From Tubulanus polymorphus (Eukaryota; Animalia; Nemertea): a stretch of DNA of 64,000 bases. Below are positions 25,444-38,410 of this stretch, piece after piece; the first letter of the stretch is position 1; each line of letters starts with the position of its first letter. The stretch spans positions 15,438,001-15,502,000 of the forward strand of contig NC_134025.1 in the NCBI RefSeq assembly GCF_964204645.1. Direction: 5' to 3'. Position numbers and translations under genes: made by a program. A model generated the notes under the pieces. The model made no database searches, was not told where the DNA came from, and saw only the letters and a program-made list of their open reading frames with translations.

Positions 25444-27120
25444 CCCTCTCCTGCCACTTATAATTAGGTTTTTGTAGGTATCATCATACAATATATTCAA
25501 TTAGTTATATGACTTTTACAACTGAATTTAACTCATGTAAAGTATACATGGTTAGAAAGTAAATATACTAAGCTATCTTATTCCACAAAAAAAGTGATGC
25601 AGCATAAACTAGGTCAACTTATGACATCATCAAGATGGCCGCCGAACTCCATTCTAATCGAAAAATGAAATTTCAAACTCATATATCATGTCACAGTAAG
25701 CAAATATATGAATTTTTTCAATCTAATACCATTACATGTAATGAATGCAACATACTGAAGTGTATTTCATGTTGATAACCATGGCAATTCGGTATTCAGT
25801 TTATTGATTTTTATGTGCCAGAATATGGTCACTTCCCAGATACCAAAATTCTCAGATTTCGAACATATGTTCAATTTTTAGTCAGATTCTTTTCAGTATG
25901 CCATATTTTGAAACAAGGATGAGGACACTAGGGAATGTTGCCACATTCCATGCACATCACTTTCCACTCTCTTTCTGCTTGCACCAGGGAAATGGCGATG
26001 TGGTCCACCTTTACCGTATTTTCCGGCGATTAAGCCGACTCGGCCAAGGTTTTGGAAAATCAATAAACTTTCTACAATTTTGCACGCGCTATTGAATAAG
26101 ACTTAGGTGCGCTGTGAGTAGTGCTTCTATGAGATATTTTATGTGCGTGTAAGCGCGCAAGCGCGATGGTGCGCCTCAAAATCTAACCCCTGCTCAAATA
26201 AAAATGGAATACTCTTATTCATTTTGATGATCTTCAGGAGCATTAGATTGACATAGTTTGGGAAGTAATTATTTAGGTCAGATAGTATCCGTCCAATAAG
26301 CCGATCATGATATTTTGGGGTAAAAATCTGAGGCTAGAAAATCAGCTTATTAGCCGGAAAATATGGTAGAACGAAGTCTGCATTCTCGATAAGCCACAGG
26401 TTTTGTCGCAGTTGAGGGATTTGGCGATGGAAAATATCTGGCTGTTATTCTTATCGGATTCACAGACACAGAAGGACAACCTGAACGCTGTGCACTAATG
26501 TCTACACCTCTTTCATCAATGATTTCTTTTATCAAACGACGCCTAAAATCAATGTGAACAACTTTTGACTGAGTAGCTTGATCAGCAAGTTTTCAAAGAA
26601 TAAACGAATTGTAAATACAAATGTCCACTAGATGAAGGGCTAACTTTATATACCAACAATGGGTTTTATGTTGTATTGCATAGCTTTTCAACATTTGGTC
26701 CTTTTTATCCACACCGCCCATCTGTTTGTTATAGTGGATAATGACAGGTGGCTTGAATGTCGGTTCATTAGTTTTTTTTCCTGTATCTCGAACCAACTCG
26801 TCATGATAGTTTGAGATCATATTCAAATCTTTTCTGTCTCGCCAAAATACAACAACAAGTTTATCAGAAGACCTGTGTGTTACTTCCCCTTTAGCTAATG
26901 GGGACCCATGATGGTGTACATCAAGGTTGGTAAGCATGTCCTAAAGCTCTAAAATATCGTGCATTAGGTCCATCACTACATTGTATGATACTCCATGTTC
27001 ACGTGCAATTGGATTGTCACGATCCTGACCAGGGTAAATCTGATATTTCCAGGTGTAGCCGGTATGTGATTCACAAAGTTCATAGGATTTCACACCAAAT
27101 CTTGAGCGTTTCTTGGTCAT
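25444..27120 (-). mobile_element. piggyBac transposon remnant (PGBD4-like transposase C-terminal half and one end)
   Basis: TTAA|CCCT terminus at 25440-25447. Peptides KRSRFGVKSYELCESHTGYTW, VFWRDRKD and HYNKQMGGVDKKDQML, plus a Cys-rich tail (RECRL.., CPHPCFKIWH). Confidence 0.85.
26014..26366. mobile_element. pogo/Tc2-like MITE inserted in the piggyBac Cys-rich domain
   Basis: TIRs ccgtattttccggc and gccggaaaatatgg, with a TA TSD on both sides. Confidence 0.8.
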
Positions 27121-27124
27121 TTCA

Positions 27125-27500
27125 CCTTATAACAAGGCAGTTACAATAATGGCGGATATTCATGGAGACATACACATACCCGTCGAGTCAAAAGTTTATG
27201 GATCCCAACTAGGAAAAAGTCAATATAGACCGTTAAACATTAATCACAGTATTCGAAATGTAGCTCACCACTTCATCATCCCGATCTCTTATCATAGGAG
27301 AAGGTATCGCTGACAACTTTTCTAAAATTATGAAAGTATACCAGCTAGGCACACCCTGCTTTTGACTACACCGCCGCCATGATACATCTATAACCCCATA
27401 GAAATTCCTTGCTTTTTTCACATTGACATTCCAAAACTATAATAGAAAACCTTTTTTTCCATGCGCGGACTTTCCCATCCTTCTCTCATGTGGAAATAGA
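27125..27500 (-). mobile_element. Degraded L1/Tx1-like RT fragment
   Basis: KQGVPSWYTFIILEKL resembles the QGCP.S..LF...LE.L RT motif. Confidence 0.35.
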
Positions 27501-27641
27501 TTGTGGATGATCCATAAAAATTGGACATTCACAGGAAGCACCTTATCATATCTTCTTATAACAAGGCTTTAATGCAAAGCACTCTAGAGTAGTTCATAAC
27601 AAATGGAAAAGCAAATCATCAACTATATTACTATACCATAC

Positions 27642-27804
27642 CTTTCATTGTATCATATATATCATCTTCTGATTTTTCTCTTAATTTATGTTCAGCCTTA
27701 AGTTTCCTCTCCAAACCCTCACTAACATGCTTACTCCGTTCATTTTCAATGTGTTTTTTGTGCTTTATGCTTTCTGCTTTGTAAATCCTCAACCGTTCAA
27801 AAAA
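27642..27804 (-). CDS. Host gene exon, coiled-coil-like (FFERLRIYKAES...DTMK)
   Basis: aag acceptor after a pyrimidine tract, G|gtatgg donor, 163 nt, phase 0-1, open frame. Confidence 0.7.
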
Positions 27805-28126
27805 CTTTTGCATGCAAGGAAAGAAAAAATTTTCACAAAGAAGTCATGAAAAGTGCTTATTAATGATGGCACTAGGGGGTAGGGCTGTCATGCTAACTAG
27901 AAAATACTAGAAAGTTGTGGAACAGCATAATGTCATGTATATTGACATAGTAGACCACCACTACTCTTGTGCCATAATTTCTATATGAGTTGGCGGGCTG
28001 CTGATAAAAGCGCTTATATTCAAATGAAAGTTATATTATTCGCATATGCAATTCTGAAATTCCATCATTGATTTCTTCTTTTTACCTTTAAATAAAAACA
28101 TTAACCAAATGAGATACTTTACTAAC

Positions 28127-28199
28127 ATCAGCATGGAGTTCAGTCCTTGTAGGGAGACTTGATGAAAAACTTCTCTTATCTAGTCTTCCGCAGGGAATC
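28127..28199 (-). CDS. Host gene exon (IPCGRLDKRSFSSSLPTRTELHAD)
   Basis: tttcatttcag acceptor and gttagt donor, 73 nt, phase 2-0. It is in frame with the next exon. Confidence 0.6.
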
Positions 28200-28606
28200 C
28201 TGAAATGAAATATAATCATAGATCTTATTGTGAAAAGTAACTGGAAAGTACTTTTAAAATGTTATAATAGTTTCATTATAAGCATATGATAATGCTTAAA
28301 ATTAGAATGTTCGAAGCTCTTATCAAAAGTGAACAAGTGACTTTGGTTAACTTGACTTGTGACTACTGAATGGAGAACCGGCACACCAGCTATCCCGTCA
28401 GATGGTGCCACTGAGATATAAGACGAACTTCATTAAAATTAAGTACATTTTCAAGTACTTTTAATCTCAATTTTCGTTCTTCCAATCCGAAAATTTAGCG
28501 AATCACGCAATGAAACATTGTCCATAGAATTCAAGAAACCATTGTTGGACTTTTATCGAGTTTGCAATGAAATCCAGTGTTGACGCTTACTGATCCACTA
28601 GCGAAC

Positions 28607-28897
28607 CTGGCAGAAAATGGTGGAATGTTATCTTGTACCATTAACTTGTACTCCCTTGTATATGGATTAGCCCTTAACTGCTCAGTGCATTGCCTTGTCG
28701 CCATTTGGTTGTGGTCGTTATCTGAGTGCAGCGGCATCTTATCTATATAAGAGTTCATCTATATAAGAGAGCATCTTATCCATATCAGCGGTCTGTTCTA
28801 AAAGCAGAATCTTTGCTTGGAACGATTGCTGAGTTCGCCATCTTTCCATCAATTGAAAGAACTCTTTCATTGGTAGTACCAGTATATATCTTTTTAA
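28607..28897 (-). pseudogene. Host gene exon apparently frameshifted by a small tandem duplication
   Basis: LKRYILVLPMKEFFQLMERWRTQ...LSYID continues into KMPLHSD...NIPPFSAR only if 16 nt are removed (atctatataagag at 28741 and 28757). The donor is weak (AG|gttcgc). Confidence 0.4.
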
Positions 28898-29077
28898 CTT
28901 TTCAATAATAGACACGTAAAAATCTATGGAAAATTATGGCATGGAAATGCTGTCAAAATTAAAATAGCATTTTTGATGCGTCAAATACACTTTATTCAAA
29001 ATCTAATCTTATTTCATAATACATTTTACAAGCATCTATTGTTTTTTTTCTCTTCTGGTTACTCTGCCTGTCCTTCG

Positions 29078-29940
29078 CAGGGGTGGATCTAGGGCTGTCT
29101 TGTATTAGGTGCGAAACACAGGGTGGGGGATCTGGGGGTCATCCGCCAGAATATTTCAAATTCCATGTGCACAATTGTGCAATTTCCTGCATTTAAGAAC
29201 TAATTCAAGAGGAAATGAGTAGATTATTGCAACACTACTCTCAAGCCCGGGCTCGACAGTATTCGGGAAAATACCGTAAAAACCGGCGTATAAGTCGAGT
29301 TTTTAACCCTTGATTTTACCACTAAATTATTGACCTCGACTTATACGCCGAGTACAGTTTTCTACTAAGTATTTTCAGGTCACAAGAAATATTGATTCTA
29401 CCAGACAAAAAAGACAGTGTTCATCTTCTTACTGCTATAACAGTTTGAATAATTATTCATGATAAATAAAGTTATTTAATGAAAAAAACTTCTTTCATTT
29501 TGACACAGCTTCATTTAAAACGATGTATTCATATATGCGCGCTCATAGCAACGCTTAATACATTAGGCTATATATAGCATGTGACTCACACTACTGTATC
29601 ACTGTATGGTAGTGTACTATACCTGAGTGTGTGTAACAGTCTATTGATTAACACACAGCAGCAATCAGGCTGACGCGCGGCGGCGTGCGTGAAGGCACAC
29701 ATCATTATCAAAACAAACTATTCAATACAATGATACTAGTAATTACTCTTCTAAGAGAAGGGACTCGACTTATAAGCCGGATATATGTGAAAAGCATGAA
29801 ATGTAGGTCTAAAAATCGACCTCGACTTATACGCCGCGTAGACTTATACGCCGGTTTTTACGGTAAGAAATACATGCTCAGAACTTCGAGGGGGAGTGGC
29901 CCTGGTCTCCCGGGACCCACCGTCCCTAGATCAGCTGCTG
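29078..29940. mobile_element. MITE with CAG termini and 5-bp TSD
   Basis: caggggtggatctaggg...ccctagatcagctgctg, flanked by an exact cttcg duplication. Confidence 0.7.
29274..29863. mobile_element. pogo/Tc2-like MITE
   Basis: Perfect 23-bp TIRs ccgtaaaaaccggcgtataagtc, TA TSD and subterminal gacttatacgccg repeats. Confidence 0.9.
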
Positions 29941-30876
29941 CTTCGAAAGCTCTTCGTTTCGCGGCAGCTGTTACAATTCAATGTATTATTGCTACATAAT
30001 ATACAGTACAGATGTGGCCGTTTAGTACCAGCAACCTGTCCAAAGAAACCTTGGGAAATAATAAGACATTGAAGGAATTATGTTGGCGGTAGGGAATCAA
30101 ACCCTTGCTAGGAATGGACGAAGGTCACTGAATTCAGGCAAGAATTACACCACAAACTTTAGTGTCTGATAAGGATCGTAGAGTGAAAAGGAAAAGCCAA
30201 AATCAGTCGCCCTTTTTGGGAACAAAAAAGGTTACACACAGTGGGCCGACCCATTTTCGTAAGCTGATGGGCACTTTGTAGATACAAATAAGAGAATGAT
30301 TGATTGATCAAAGCATCTTCAAAATTTCCCTTGAAAATTAAAAAATAAATTGCCCATGGGCAAAGTGTGGTTTACCTTGAAAGCTAGAGGTTGTTTGGGG
30401 TAAGGGCATCGCTTGAAAAATCTTTTTCATTCGTGACTTCAAAGTTCCACAAGTTTATATTGTATTTTATCTCTCTTAAAGAATTATTTTGTAGTCAAAT
30501 AAGACCAAAGATATACATTTGGTTACGGTCCACGTCCAAAAGTTTGTAGGGTACAGGTAGGCGTGGCAGGGAAATTATTTTATATTTTCAAAAACAATAT
30601 GTTTCACAATATGAAAAAAATATTCAAATAAGGCCATCCCAAAATAATTGTCTGTTTGCCGTAACACCGACTTAACTTTTCAGGACGAGTCGGTAGGTAA
30701 GAAAAAATTTTTTTAGCTAAATTTTTGGGCAAAAAAAAATAAATTTATCACCTTTTTACATGGAAACAATATCGCAAAAATCATCTACATTGTGCACGGG
30801 AAATTTGTCTAATAGCGTAGATTTCGAGAATTATTCTAAAATTATCACTTCGTCCAGAGCGTCATCTCTGTGTTAA

Positions 30877-31661
30877 AGGCCGACTTCAAGTATAAAGGGC
30901 CCATCATCTGTCAGACATGGCAGCATCTCTGAACCCATGGAGCAGTCAAGAGCTCCAGCGTTGAAACTGGAGTTTCCCTAATATCTCTGTCAGTTAACCG
31001 ATTTGGACCCTCCTTTTTGTCAGGGATATGTGTAAACATGTAATATAGTCATATCTTTGGCTTAAAATTTAGTTTAAGCCCTCCTTCATGCATAAATTAG
31101 CAATTTACTTAGTGCATTCTTCAAATTTTCAACTCTTTGAATGACAAGCTGGGAGGAGTTATTCACCTCACCACAGAGAGCACAGTGACCTGTAGTCATA
31201 AACCTATATAAACAAAACAGTTGCAGCTCTCTAGTGCATAATTTTGGGGGTTAGAAAACTTTTGACCTGAAAGTTGTATCAAACTGGAAATTTATGTATC
31301 ATCTTAACTCCTCATCAGTAACAATGTGTGAAAATTTCATCAAAATCGGACAAAAATTGAATAAATTGAAAATACAGATTTTATGTTCAACTCTATTATT
31401 ACTGGAGGAATTCTTATCAAAAAACATCTACAAAATCAGCTAATTCTAATTAATAAGATTACCAAAATGATATCAAACATATACGAAAAAAGTTTTTTTT
31501 TATGTGTCACTGTGATACTGTGTGATACTGGTGTGAGCCAGATGTGTTCCAGTAAACACTATACACAAACTACCGCTTGCTAGTTGCTAGTGGGATGTGG
31601 CCTGCACTGCAAATCTCAAGTACCAACCGGTGGGTTTTTGGACCTCCATTTGAGTCAGCCT
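30877..31661. mobile_element. Kolobok-like non-autonomous element
   Basis: TTAA TSD, with termini aggccgacttcaa and ttgagtcagcct. Confidence 0.65.
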
Positions 31662-31754
31662 TTAAAAATGAAACAGTAAATTGAATATGTGCGCGGTTTT
31701 ACGTTACCAGCTTTGATAGTCACTATGAGAATGAATGGCAGCTTATTGGAACAC

Positions 31755-32414
31755 CGTACTGAAGAACGCGTTTACGATTTGGAGCAGAACAAAGTTCAAC
31801 ACGAAGCTAAATTAATTGAAATTAAAACAATGCTTACGCAGGAAATAAATGACTTGAAACAAGAGATAAGTGAAACAAAAAACCATAACTATGAAACGCG
31901 CAGGCTAGCCGTGGATAATAATCAATATTCAAGATGTACTCATATTCGTATAGGTGGACTAATCCAGACTGAAACTGAGGACTGCACACAATTATCTATT
32001 GATAAACTGAATCAGCAACTAAACCTAAGTGAAAGTGAAAAGCTCAGCACCAAAGATATCGAAATAGCTCACCGTGTACCATCTAGACAGCAAAAATTTG
32101 ACAAAAACAACAAGCCGTATCCGAACACAATTATAATGCGATTCTTCATTAGGAAAGTGCTTGACGGGATCATACAAAAACGGGCTAGGTTGAAAAACTC
32201 TGGGATTACCATACGCGAGGATCTTTGCCCTGAAATCATTAAACTTGTGAATAGGGCAGTTAATTCAGGTCTCTACACCAAAGTCTGGACGATCAATGGT
32301 AAAGTTTTTGGAAATAGTTGTCAGAGTGGAAAGAAACTTAATATGAAAATGTTTGAGCCTCTATGTCCCAAGCTACGAACATATCAACCTTTCTATACTA
32401 TATCGTACGGCTAA
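31755..32414 (+). CDS. LINE ORF1 (coiled coil, RRM-like domain, CTD), N-terminally truncated
   Basis: Coiled coil followed by QYSR, DIEIAHRV, IIMRF, ITIREDL and VWTINGKVF. Confidence 0.85.
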   Translation, partial: RTEERVYDLEQNKVQHEAKLIEIKTMLTQEINDLKQEISETKNHNYETRRLAVDNNQYSRCTHIRIGGLIQTETEDCTQLSIDKLNQQLNLSESEKLSTKDIEIAHRVPSRQQKFDKNNKPYPNTIIMRFFIRKVLDGIIQKRARLKNSGITIREDLCPEIIKLVNRAVNSGLYTKVWTINGKVFGNSCQSGKKLNMKMFEPLCPKLRTYQPFYTISYG

Positions 32415-33056
32415 TACCTGCTCAACTCGACCATGCGAAAGCCTACTTATTACCTAGGAGATTTATACATGATTTGGATATATATTCATGTATATGCTCT
32501 CCCAGCTCGATTTACTATTTTGTATTTACTACTTAGATTATGCTATATAAAAATTAATTATATCAGTTTTTGATAAATCTAATGGTTAAAATGCCTGACA
32601 TTATACCTAGGCATTCTTTTTTATTTGTCTTTCTATGCCATTAGGTATTTAATTTAGTGGGGATATTCTCAATACATTAACTTGATCACTTGCCATCACT
32701 CGTTGTGATGTCGCTTTAGTGTGAAAGGATATTGCAATTTATTCCTTTCCTTTTTCGGTATCCTTATATAAATACTATTATCATAATTATTTTATTCATT
32801 TTTTTTTTCTTAATTATTCGTTTGTTTTTTTTTCATCTCAAACTTATCAAACTTATCAAATTTCTTTGAATAGGGCCCATGTGTTGAGAATTTTTTCAAT
32901 AGATTTAAAGATGATAATTACAATCTAAACAATATTCTAGATGATGAAGGATCTGCAATCTATAATTTTAGGTGTCCATATATTGAACCGGATAATTTTT
33001 CAGATTTAATTAACAGTGAAAAAAGCATACATAGTCTCCCAAGTAAAATTGATAAT

Positions 33057-35865
33057 TTGAAAATGTTAATTGAAAACTTTAGGCATCAAAATATTGAACT
33101 ACATGTAATTATGCTCTGTGAAACATTCCTTACTGATCATAATGCTCAAACTTATATTTTACCAGGATACTCATTATTTGAGGTACACCGTAAAAACTTA
33201 TCTAGAGGGGGAGTTGCACTTTTTGTGAAAAATAGTTTATCATTCAGAACGCGGACCGACCTAAACTTTTATGAGGAAGGCAAATACGAATCTTGTTTCA
33301 TTGAGATCAGGAAGGGCAAATCCTTTCAAAACAATTTGATTATTGGTGAAGTCTATAGAGTACCTGGCACCCCTGTGAATGACTTTATTTCAAGCTATGA
33401 TAACTTACTTAAAACAATCAAAAAGGAAAAAAGTGACATTATTCTTGGAATGGATCAAAATATAGATTATATTAAGATTAATTCTCATAATAATACATCC
33501 AAATTTTTAGACTGTAACCTAAATAGCAATTTGTTTCCTTCAATCTTGAGACCAACTAGAATTACTCACTCAAGTACTACCCTGATTGATAATATCTATT
33601 TATCACCAAATCTCTGTTCACGGGCCACTAGTGCAATTTTGACCACTCATATTTCAGATCACTTACCTTGTATAGTATCAATAAGAGGAATTACCAAGTA
33701 TCGAGAAAGCACTGAAACCACCAAGCGTAACCTATCTTATTATAACTTTGCCCTTATCAATAGAAAATTACTAACAACTGACTGGACTGGCCTCGCTCAC
33801 ATGAATGCCAATGAAAGTTATTCTTATTTTATCAATAAACTCAGTAATATAGTGGATGATGTAGCGCCTGTAATGAAAGTTAAAGCTAGAAATCACATTA
33901 GAGAAGAATGGATGATGCCAGCCATTTTAAAATCGTCATGGAAATGTGATAACTTATATAAGAATTGTTTTCACCTAAATAAAAATGACCAGAAATATAA
34001 GGAATATGTCCTATATAGAAACAATCTGAACTATATCAAAAGATGACAAAAACTTGATTACTATTCAAACAAATTAACCATGTTTAAAAATAATTCTAAA
34101 AAGCTCTGGCAATTTATGAAAACAGCCATTGGGAAAAATCGAGATAAAACTTCAGTGACAACTAATAGCTTTATAATTAACGGCAAAGTAACATCTGATC
34201 CAATGATGATCTCAAATGGCTTCAATGATTATTTCTGTACTATTGGAGAAAGATTTGCAAATGAGATTCCGAAATCGAACAGAGACTTTACTAGTTATTT
34301 AGCAAACCAAAACCTTAATTCAATGTTTCTTAGCCCTACAAATGAACAGGAAATTGATTTACTAATCAAATCTCTGCCCAACAAACTCAGTTCTGGTCAA
34401 GATAATATTAATAATTTAATAGGTAAAAAAGTAAAGCAAAATATTCTCAAACCATTAACCCTAATAATGAATAAATCTCTCGAGGAAGGAATTTTCCCTG
34501 ATGATATGAAAATAGCGAAGGTTATCCCTATATTTAAAAACAACGACAAAGATCTTTTTTCTAATTACAGACCAATTTCGCTGCTGCCAGTTTTCTCCAA
34601 AATCCTCGAGAAACTCGTACATTCTAGGCTTTATTCTATTTTAGTCATGAATAATATAATCTATACGAGCCAGTATGGGTTTAGACCAAATCACTCAACG
34701 GGCCACGCTATAAATGAATTTTTAGGCGCCATACTAAATAACATTGAAAATAAAAAAACATCTCTCGCATTCTTTTTAGATTTGTCAAAAGCTTTTGATT
34801 CCCTTGATGTTAGTCACCTACTCTTTAAGCTTTCCCATTATGGAATCAGGGGTCACTGCTATAAATGGTTTGAAAGTTATCATACAAACAGAAAAATGTA
34901 TGTTAATTATAAGCTGAATACAGATTCTCAAATAAAACCTATCAAATTTGGTGTCCCCCTAGGGATTGGTACTCGGTCCTTTGCTTTTTTTGATATATAT
35001 TAATGACCTTAATCATGACCTAAAAAGTTCCAAAACAATTCTTTTCGCAGATGATGCTAATATTCTTTTTGAAATTGATAAAATTGATTCAATCCAAAAA
35101 GTCATTGAGGAAGATATCAAGATTTTAATTGACTGGTTCCGTGCAAATTTATTAACGCTAAACTTACCAAAAACTCATGCAATCCTTTTCTCGAAAAAAA
35201 AACTTGAAGACATCCACTTAAGATTTGGTCCAGTGACTATAACACCCACTAAATCATGCAAATTCCTAGGATTAACAATTGAAGACCAACTCAACTGGGA
35301 TTCACACTTGAAACAGCTTGTCTCTAAAATTAACAAAAACATATTTCTTCTCCGTAGTGTAAAAAATTTTCTCCTACCATGGGCTAAACGTCTACTCTAT
35401 CATAGCTATGTACATTCCCACCTTACCTATGCATTAGTAGCCTGGGGCCCAATGCTATCTAAATCCCAAGTAAACACTTTATTCAAACTACAGAAAAAGG
35501 CCATCAGATACATTGATAATTCATCATTTAACGCCCATACTAGTCCTCTTTTCAAAAAGTATAAAATCCTCAAATTTGAAGACCTTGTCGAATTAGAACT
35601 GATTAAATTTGGCTATCAATACGTAAATAAAATCCTTCCACATCCAATTCTCAAGCTATTCAATCCAAATTCTTTACACCATACATACAATACCAGAAGA
35701 AAAAACCTACCCAGAATCCAATATCATCGTACTCAAATTTTCAACAAATCGCTTTTTGCTCAAGTCCCCATCATCTGGCAAAACCTACCAATCAAGTTGA
35801 GAAATGCTAAAAGCCTATCATCTCTTGTATCTGATTTCAAGAATCTGAAGCTGAATAGTTATTAA
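33057..35865 (+). pseudogene. LINE ORF2: apurinic endonuclease and reverse transcriptase (internal stop at 34044-34046, frameshift ~34965)
   Basis: APE motifs LCETFL, GGVA, VYR, TLIDNI and SDH. RT motifs NYRPISLL, QYGFR, FLDLSKAFD, GVP.G, LGPLLFLIYIND and FADD. Confidence 0.92.
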
Positions 35866-36003
35866 TGAGCTAATCCATAAATATTGTACTGTGATTCTCC
35901 TTGTCTATTACTAATATATTAGTACATTTACTATTATTATTACTTATTATTATTGTTACCATTGCCTTTATTGCTATTAATGTTTATCTGTCTTTTTTTT
36001 TTA

Positions 36004-36070
36004 CATTATTATTATTATCATTATTATTATTATTATTACTATTATTATTATTATTATTATTATTATCATT
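36004..36070 (+). repeat. (TTA)n microsatellite in the LINE 3' UTR
   Basis: Directly visible. Confidence 0.95.
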
Positions 36071-36842
36071 AAGTATCATAATCCTTCTTATTATTATGAA
36101 TATGGATGAATATTATAATGTTAACGATATTCATATATTATAAAGTAACATATATATCTATTTGTATTGCACCTTGCACATAATGCACGTGGACAGTGCC
36201 GTAGTGATTATAGGTACAGCCCTAGGCTCGCACTGTGTCCCTCATCTTATGTCTGTAAAAACTATGTTTAACTCCTATATTGTATCTTGCATGACATAAT
36301 GATGAAAAATAAATTATATATATATACACTGCCAGTTTCCTGGAAAACTTAAATTAGGCCACATTGACAAGGCATGTTTTCAAACGATGCACACTTGAAT
36401 TCAAACATATATAATACGTAGCTCATACATAGACAGTGGGTCGGCCGTTTTTATCAAAAATAAAATTTATTACAATGAATCCCGGATAAAAGTTTTCACT
36501 CGGTACCGTTGAAGTCGGGTCGGTCGGGTTACGGCAAACAGACCATTAATATGGGCTGGCCTAAAATTCATATGATGTCACATATCAGAGGGTGGCTGAA
36601 TATTGGGTCATGGAAACCTCTTCCAATATTGGCCGCGGTAGTTAAAATACCGGTACAGAAGAAATCGGTTATTAGATCTTTTTAAATCCTGGAATTTACG
36701 ACTACAATATTCAGACCTCGACCTATACGTTTGGTTTGCTGCTTAATATTTTCAGGTCACAAGAAATTACAATTTATTACAAATTCTATCAAACAGAAAA
36801 CACAGTGCTCATCTTCTGCTACGATTATTCAGCCTATTTTCA

Positions 36843-37442
36843 TGTCAAACGTGCACGCATTACAGCATCACCTTGAGTAGTGTACTGTACGAGCTTGTGT
36901 GTGTGTCGTGTAGCACTCTGCGCGCACAGGTGGAGGCCTCGTGTAAGTGAACGTTCGCTTACACTTCAATGTCAATCAAAACATACACCGGGTATTAAAA
37001 TGAAACAATACCTATGGCGGATGTGTGAAATAATTACATCCTCACCAGCAATGAGCATTTAAAATTCGCATGTATACGGCACCTAGTCCAATGAAACGTA
37101 CGGCATTCTATGGCTTTCCCATAATTATTTTAGTAGCGCCGGAATTCCCCGTATATCCCAAAAACAGCCAATCCCATTCGCTCGTAGAGACGACGCCCCC
37201 CAAGTGAGGTCATTGCAATTTTATACGCGAGAGCTAAGAATTTTCCCGCAAAAAACAGTTTTTCGTAGAATTTTAACTCAGTTGACCATGTACATCGACG
37301 GAGGTTCGCCATGTCTTTAATCGCATCGATTACAGTCGTTTAAGCCGACACCAATGAAACAAATGCTCACATAAAAAACGTACCGCGATTTTACATGAAT
37401 TGGCTCAATGCCAACCGCATATCGCTGACAAAGGTAAACCAA
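36843..37442 (+). repeat. ~600-bp repeat, copy 1 (copy 2 at 40078-40704)
   Basis: Colinear similarity from tgtcaaacgtgcacgca to aaggtaaaccaa. The upstream part resembles the interior of the 29274 MITE. Confidence 0.8.
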
Positions 37443-38410
37443 TAAAATGTGTAAAAAGTGTTGATTTCGGCAATCAGCCATCTTGATTTTGACTAGGTCA
37501 GTTTTTGGGTACAAGATCACTGACGGGGCGTTATTCCTGTTATATATGGGCACTGTTTTGCCCATAGTAATTTGCTCTGATTAGAATCCCACATTAACCT
37601 CATGACTCAAAAAATCTGTAGAGAAAATACAACAGAGAGAAAAGAACAGTTTTCAAACTCAGGCCTGCAAGCACTAGCACAGTGACACTGCTAGACCACC
37701 GAGACAGCAAAATACAGTTGAAATGGTTTTACCTACACATAGCCCTTCATCTAACCTTAGCCCAAACCCTTTGGACGATATAGATCTTTATTAAATGCAT
37801 AATGATTAAATGCATGATTTTATCTCATTTGAAAATGAAATAAAATTTTGAATAAAGTGAATTTGATGCGATTGATGCGTCGATTGATATGTCGATTGAC
37901 GCGTCAAAAATGCTATTTTACTTTTGACAGTATTTCCATGCCGAAGAAAATCACTCATGATTGTTAAGGTGAGACAAAAAAAATAAACATTAATATTGGC
38001 TTCGTCAAAGGACTAAGGGTGTTTAATCTTCATTGTTGATGCTTATACATATTTCTTGAATTAGGTTTGAAACGATGGTGCTTCTTGCCATCTGTCAATA
38101 ATGGAGCTTTGGCCCCATGAGTAAGTTTTGTATTTAATTTTTTATTTGGAATTAGACTTTCCAGATATTTTTATATCCTGACGAGCTAAAAGGGGGGTAT
38201 TCTTGTTCCACTTTCAAAACCTGAGAAGAAGAAAGGTCCGCGTAGCAATCTCTGTCCCGTCATACTCCTGAGCACTATAAGGAAGATCTTCGCGAAACGA
38301 ACCCATCAGCAAATAGATGACAATATCCCCCTCAGACAAGTTGCATACAAAAGAGGTTGCAATACTACAAAACTCATATATGCAGTACAAGTCCTAGCAG
38401 AGAAGGCTAT

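Larger units (their letters stand above)
31755..36325 (+). mobile_element. CR1/L2-group (Crack/Daphne-like) LINE, 5'-truncated in ORF1
   Basis: ORF1 and ORF2 (APE plus RT), a 3' UTR and an aataaat(ta)n tail. ACAC TSD at 31751-31754 and 36326-36329. The empty site ggaacactgccag is visible in the paralogous MITE at ~55057-55069. Confidence 0.9.
30633..36560. mobile_element. PIF/Harbinger-like MITE split by a Kolobok-like element and a LINE
   Basis: TIRs ggccatcccaaaataattgtctgtttgccgtaac and gttacggcaaacagaccattaatatgggctggcc with TAA flanks. It is colinear with the uninterrupted copy at 54822-55281. Confidence 0.8.
28936..37944. mobile_element. Old hAT-like element expanded to ~9 kb by nested insertions
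   Basis: A ~45-bp inverted pair (ggcatggaaatgctgtcaaaattaaaatagcatttttgatgcgtc versus gacgcgtcaaaaatgctattttacttttgacagtatttccatgcc). Flanks ggaaaatt/agaaaatc match at 6 of 8 positions. Confidence 0.55.

Noticed and set aside
23340-27120. A single piggyBac bounded by TTAA ends at 23755 and 25440
   Set aside because: The two ends face away from each other, so they belong to separate copies.
35901-36143. 80-aa Leu-rich membrane protein ORF
   Set aside because: It is the translation of a (TTA)n microsatellite in the LINE 3' UTR.
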